DNA of 64,000 bases, from the NCBI GenBank assembly GCA_945787785.1, contig CALZIO010000003.1:36045-100044 (forward strand), written 5' to 3'. Below the pieces are notes generated by a model. The model worked only from the letters and a program-made list of their open reading frames with translations, was not told the origin of the DNA and did no database searches. Shown in pieces: positions 60,842-64,000 of this stretch; positions within the stretch are counted from its first letter, which is position 1, and each line of letters begins with the position of its first letter. Source of the stretch: an uncultured Chromatiaceae bacterium (GTDB taxonomy: Bacteria > Pseudomonadota > Gammaproteobacteria > Tenderiales > Tenderiaceae). The position numbers and the translations under genes are program-made.

Positions 60842-62617
60842 TTAGCGATTGGTGCGCGCGGCGCACCCTACGTCCGTTGCACATTCGGTAAAGATGCGCA
60901 GGCTGCATTGCTGGCAGCGCTCCATATCAAGCTTTGAATAAATCACTTGAATCGCCTCGGCCTTGCTGTCAAAGATATTCTCGCGGCCGAACTGGTCAAT
61001 GTATCCGCCCTTTTTCAGGATATTGCAGACACCTTCTTTGACCGCGCAGAGGTACAGATCGCCACCTAATTTACGCCGCCGTTGTGCTTCACGAATCAAT
61101 AACTCAGCGCCGGCGACGTCGATGAAGTTAATGCCACTGCCAATGATTAGGATATGTTTTTGTTCAGGGTTGTCTTCATCCATATCGCGCAAGCTTCGTT
61201 CGATGTAATTGCTGGAAGCAAAAAAGAGTGAGCCATCGATGCGGATAATTTTCAGTTGTGGACATTCTTCACCGGGGGCGGCAGCAATAAAACGGCGATC
61301 AGGTGAATCTTGCTCTGGGTGCAAGTTCAGAATGCTGGGATAGGAAATGCGGTTCAGATGTAACACCAATGACAACATCACCCCGACATAGATCGCAAAG
61401 CTCAGCTCAACAAACAGGGTGGCGATGAAGGTGGTGCTGAGTACGGCCGCATCAACCGGGTTTGCCTTGAAGATGACTTTGATGTGATGCCAGTCCACCA
61501 GTCTAAATGCGACTAGTAACAACACTGCGGCCATTGCCGGAATGGGTAGATAAGCGGCCAACGGTGCGGCAAATAATATTATCAATACAACAGCCAGGGC
61601 GCTAAAGACGGCGGCGAGCGGGGTTTGTGCACCCGCACGATAATTGACGCCGGAGCGGGTGAAGGAGCCGGACGAGGCGTAACTTGAAAAGAAACTGCCA
61701 GCCAGATTAGAGAGCCCCTGGCCAATAAATTCGCGATTGGCATCGTGGGATTGGTGACTCTGGGCAGCAATGCTACGGGCAATGGAGACGGCTTCCATCA
61801 ATCCCAACAGAGCGATGGCCAAGGCCCCTGACGCGAGTTGGCCAATGGTGTTGAGATTCAGATCGGGACTGGAAAGTGGTGGTAGATGGTTTGGCAGTGA
61901 GCCGACCAGCTGAATACCTTTTTCAGCGCCACCTAATAGCTCTGCGGCAATGGCACCGACTACCATGGCGATAAACAGTGATGGCCAGTTAGGTAGTAGG
62001 CGGCGAATCAGTAAGGCTGTCACGAGTGTCGCAATGGCAACGGTCAGGGAGAAGAGATTGGTGTCTGGTAATTGCTGAAAAATCTGGTACCAGTTATTCC
62101 AGAAATCGAGATTTCTCGGCAGCTCAAGTGCCAAGACATTTTTCATTTGCGAAGTAACGATCAACAGTGCTGCGCCGGCAGTAAAGCCGATGATCACCGA
62201 GTGGGAGATGAAGTTGACCAACATGCCCATGCGCGCCAGGCCCATCACCAATTGGAATAATCCCACCATGAAGGTGAGTGTCAGAACCAGAGAGATATAG
62301 GCGGGGGTTTCAGGTAAAGCCAGCGCGCTGACGGTGGTAAATACCACTATTGAAATAGGGGTTGTGGGGCCGGACATGAGATGGTGAGATGAGCCAAACA
62401 GGGCAGCGATTATGACCGGTACAATGGCGGTGTAGAGACCATATTCGGCTGGCAGACCAGCCAGCATGGCAAAGGCCACCCCTTGCGGCAATACGATTAC
62501 CGCACCGGTTAGACCGGCGAACAAGTCCTGGCGTAGTGACTGCTTATTAAGCTTTTGCCACCAGGCCGAAGAGCGAAACGATAACCATCCGCTATTTGAA
62601 GGGTGTTTTCGGTTCAT
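60842..62617 (-). CDS. SulP-family anion (sulfate/bicarbonate) transporter with a C-terminal STAS domain
   Basis: 591 aa. DLFAGLTGAVIVLPQGVAFAMLAGLP, a multi-TM core, and a STAS region (LKIIRIDGSLFFASSNYI...). The tail ...ECATDVGCAARTNR is encoded by REP copy B. Confidence 0.92.
   Translation of the reverse strand: MNRKHPSNSGWLSFRSSAWWQKLNKQSLRQDLFAGLTGAVIVLPQGVAFAMLAGLPAEYGLYTAIVPVIIAALFGSSHHLMSGPTTPISIVVFTTVSALALPETPAYISLVLTLTFMVGLFQLVMGLARMGMLVNFISHSVIIGFTAGAALLIVTSQMKNVLALELPRNLDFWNNWYQIFQQLPDTNLFSLTVAIATLVTALLIRRLLPNWPSLFIAMVVGAIAAELLGGAEKGIQLVGSLPNHLPPLSSPDLNLNTIGQLASGALAIALLGLMEAVSIARSIAAQSHQSHDANREFIGQGLSNLAGSFFSSYASSGSFTRSGVNYRAGAQTPLAAVFSALAVVLIILFAAPLAAYLPIPAMAAVLLLVAFRLVDWHHIKVIFKANPVDAAVLSTTFIATLFVELSFAIYVGVMLSLVLHLNRISYPSILNLHPEQDSPDRRFIAAAPGEECPQLKIIRIDGSLFFASSNYIERSLRDMDEDNPEQKHILIIGSGINFIDVAGAELLIREAQRRRKLGGDLYLCAVKEGVCNILKKGGYIDQFGRENIFDSKAEAIQVIYSKLDMERCQQCSLRIFTECATDVGCAARTNR
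60851..60875. repeat. REP-like palindromic element, copy B, in inverted orientation (GGTGCGCGCGGCGCACCCTACGTCC)
   Basis: It is nearly the reverse complement of copy A, 34 nt away. It lies inside the last 11 codons of the sulP ORF. Confidence 0.6.
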
Positions 62618-62762
62618 CTGGCTGCGGTTGGTCCTGTTGTTTTAGCGGCGATTAGTTAACGGTGTAAGCTTCATCGGCCAGCGCATGGCCATATCTAACC
62701 GTCGTAAGATAATTTGATATATTGAAATCCCAGGTTGATAGTTTGTCAGAAAATACCGCTGC

Positions 62763-62790
62763 CTTGAACTTTGGTTTTTTGACCCCATCT
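62763..62790 (+). promoter_or_regulatory. Sigma-32 (heat-shock) type promoter upstream of htpX
   Basis: CTTGAA-(14 nt)-CCCCATCT, compared with the E. coli RpoH consensus CTTGAAA-N13-14-CCCCATNT. It ends 52 nt before the htpX ATG. htpX is a known RpoH regulon member in E. coli. Confidence 0.6.
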
Positions 62791-62842
62791 AATCGAACTG
62801 ATATTTATTTAGGGTGCACTAGAAATTCTAACTGGAGGATCA

Positions 62843-63733
62843 ATGAAACGTATATTCCTGTTTTTGGCCACGAACCTGGCAATAATCGTGGTGTTGAGTA
62901 TTTCCCTGCGTCTACTGGGCGTGGAAAGAATTCTCGATGAGCAGGGTGTGGGTCTCGACCTGAAGTCCCTACTGATTTTTGCAGCTGTGATTGGCTTTGG
63001 CGGATCATTCATTTCCCTAGCCATATCGAAATGGATGGCAAAAAGGTCGACCGGTGCCCAGGTGATTGAGCAGCCATCCAATGAGGTTGAGCGTTGGTTG
63101 GTCGACACTGTTAGGCGTCAGGCCGAGCGTGCCGGAATTGGGATGCCAGAGGTGGCGATCTTCCCTTCACAAGCGCCCAATGCCTTTGCCACAGGGATGA
63201 ACCGCAATAAAGCCTTGGTGGCGGTGAGTAGCGGCTTGCTCAATAGCATGGACAAAGATGAGGTTGAGGCCGTGTTGGGGCACGAGGTTGCTCATGTCGC
63301 GAATGGCGATATGGTGACCCTGACCCTAATTCAGGGTGTAGTGAATACCTTTGTGATTTTTCTTTCCCGCGTCATCGGCCACACGGTTGACCGTGTCGTG
63401 TTCAAAACCGAGCAGGGGCATGGCCCGGCCTTCTGGGTCACGGCGATTATTGCTGAACTTGTCTTGGGAGTCCTGGCTTCGACTATCGTGATGTGGTTTA
63501 GCCGCCAACGTGAATTCCGTGCCGATACAGGAGGCGCCAATCTGGCGAGCCGTCAAAAGATGATCGCGGCACTGGAGCGCCTCAAGCGTAGTACCGGTCC
63601 CGGTCCGGCACAGTTACCTGATGAGTTGGCTGCCTTTGGTATCGCTGGCGGTATTGGTCAGGGCATCAAGAAACTGTTCATGAGCCATCCACCTTTGGAA
63701 GAGCGAATTGAGGCCTTGCGCCGCTCAGCCTAA
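62843..63733 (+). CDS. htpX: Membrane zinc metalloprotease HtpX
   Basis: [19 protein letters not shown]..., [11 protein letters not shown] (HExxH), four TM helices. 296 aa. Confidence 0.95.
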   Translation: MKRIFLFLATNLAIIVVLSISLRLLGVERILDEQGVGLDLKSLLIFAAVIGFGGSFISLAISKWMAKRSTGAQVIEQPSNEVERWLVDTVRRQAERAGIGMPEVAIFPSQAPNAFATGMNRNKALVAVSSGLLNSMDKDEVEAVLGHEVAHVANGDMVTLTLIQGVVNTFVIFLSRVIGHTVDRVVFKTEQGHGPAFWVTAIIAELVLGVLASTIVMWFSRQREFRADTGGANLASRQKMIAALERLKRSTGPGPAQLPDELAAFGIAGGIGQGIKKLFMSHPPLEERIEALRRSA

Positions 63734-63746
63734 CTAATCTCTTGTT

Positions 63747-63783
63747 ATAGCAGCACTTAAAGCTGCTACAACCCCTTTTTTTT
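63747..63783 (+). terminator. Candidate terminator after htpX
   Basis: ATAGCAGC-acttaaa-GCTGCTA hairpin. A 7-nt spacer (caacccc) separates it from a T8 run, so the geometry is not ideal. Confidence 0.45.
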
Positions 63784-63939
63784 AGTTTGTTTTATTCGCT
63801 TTTATTCAGCAAATATTCAGTTTCAGTTAGGTATCTTGTAGTCAGCCCTGAAGGGGTTTAGCTTTTCCGAGAGGATAAGCGGAGGGACTAAAAAGTGAAT
63901 CGACAAGAGTTGATTCATCATTTCAAGAGGAGAAATTAA

Positions 63940-64000
63940 ATGAAAGGTATTATTGCTTCAGCTGTTCTGGCTTCTGCTTTCGTTGCTGCACCTGCAATGG
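63940..64000 (+). CDS. 5' end of a secreted protein gene, truncated by the window end
   Basis: The ATG at 63940 is preceded by AAGAGGAGAAATTAA. It encodes MKGIIASAVLASAFVAAPAM..., a typical signal peptide. Only 20 codons are visible. Confidence 0.35.
   Translation, partial: MKGIIASAVLASAFVAAPAM

Noticed and set aside
62722-62940. 72-aa plus-strand ORF overlapping the htpX start
   Set aside because: It is out of frame with htpX, covers the sigma-32 promoter and 5' UTR, and has no RBS or motif.

Overview
This looks like a chromosomal window from a gammaproteobacterium. The gene order resembles Pseudomonas or Methylococcus: leuC-leuD-leuB-asd-usg-fimV, tRNA-Leu/queA-tgt-yajC-secD-secF, glyA-nrdR-ribD-ribE-ribBA-ribH-nusB-thiL-pgpA, xseB-ispA-dxs-queD-folE2, parE ... 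parC, sulP and htpX. I could not name the organism. Almost all of the window is tightly packed housekeeping DNA. That includes a glycogen cluster (glgB, glgC, a GH57 enzyme, malQ, and glgX elsewhere), two c-di-GMP turnover proteins and one tRNA-Leu(CAA). I found no transposase, integrase, phage gene, CRISPR array, toxin-antitoxin pair or recognisable defence gene. The least ordinary stretch lies between parE and parC (about 45-58.4 kb). My best candidate for an undescribed system is there, at 47.7-52.3 kb. It is a methyl-accepting chemoreceptor followed on the same strand, with no visible terminator, by a CcpA/MauG-family di-haem peroxidase, a roughly 90-aa type-1-copper cupredoxin and two tandem paralogous di-haem cytochromes c. 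The run ends in one strong terminator and sits behind a 416-bp AT-rich leader. Its function is inference only; I suggest peroxide or redox taxis, or a MauG-like oxidase with dedicated electron donors. Next to it are two paralogous OmpA proteins with thrombospondin type-3 repeats, one carrying a near-perfect 90-bp tandem duplication. Beyond those is a poorly characterised four-gene Mce/Mla-type transporter with a STAS-fused permease. Other points worth a second look: a membrane-anchored zinc-ribbon protein with an HExxHxxGxxD motif coupled to a DUF3301 gene; an Asd paralog whose nucleophile Cys is replaced by Ser; a RibBA lacking all GTP-cyclohydrolase-II cysteines; an orphan EcfT/CbiQ-like membrane protein; a small REP-like palindrome family that supplies the C-terminus of SulP; and a near-consensus sigma-32 promoter in front of htpX. 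All family assignments rest on motifs I recognise by eye and from memory. No database search was run.
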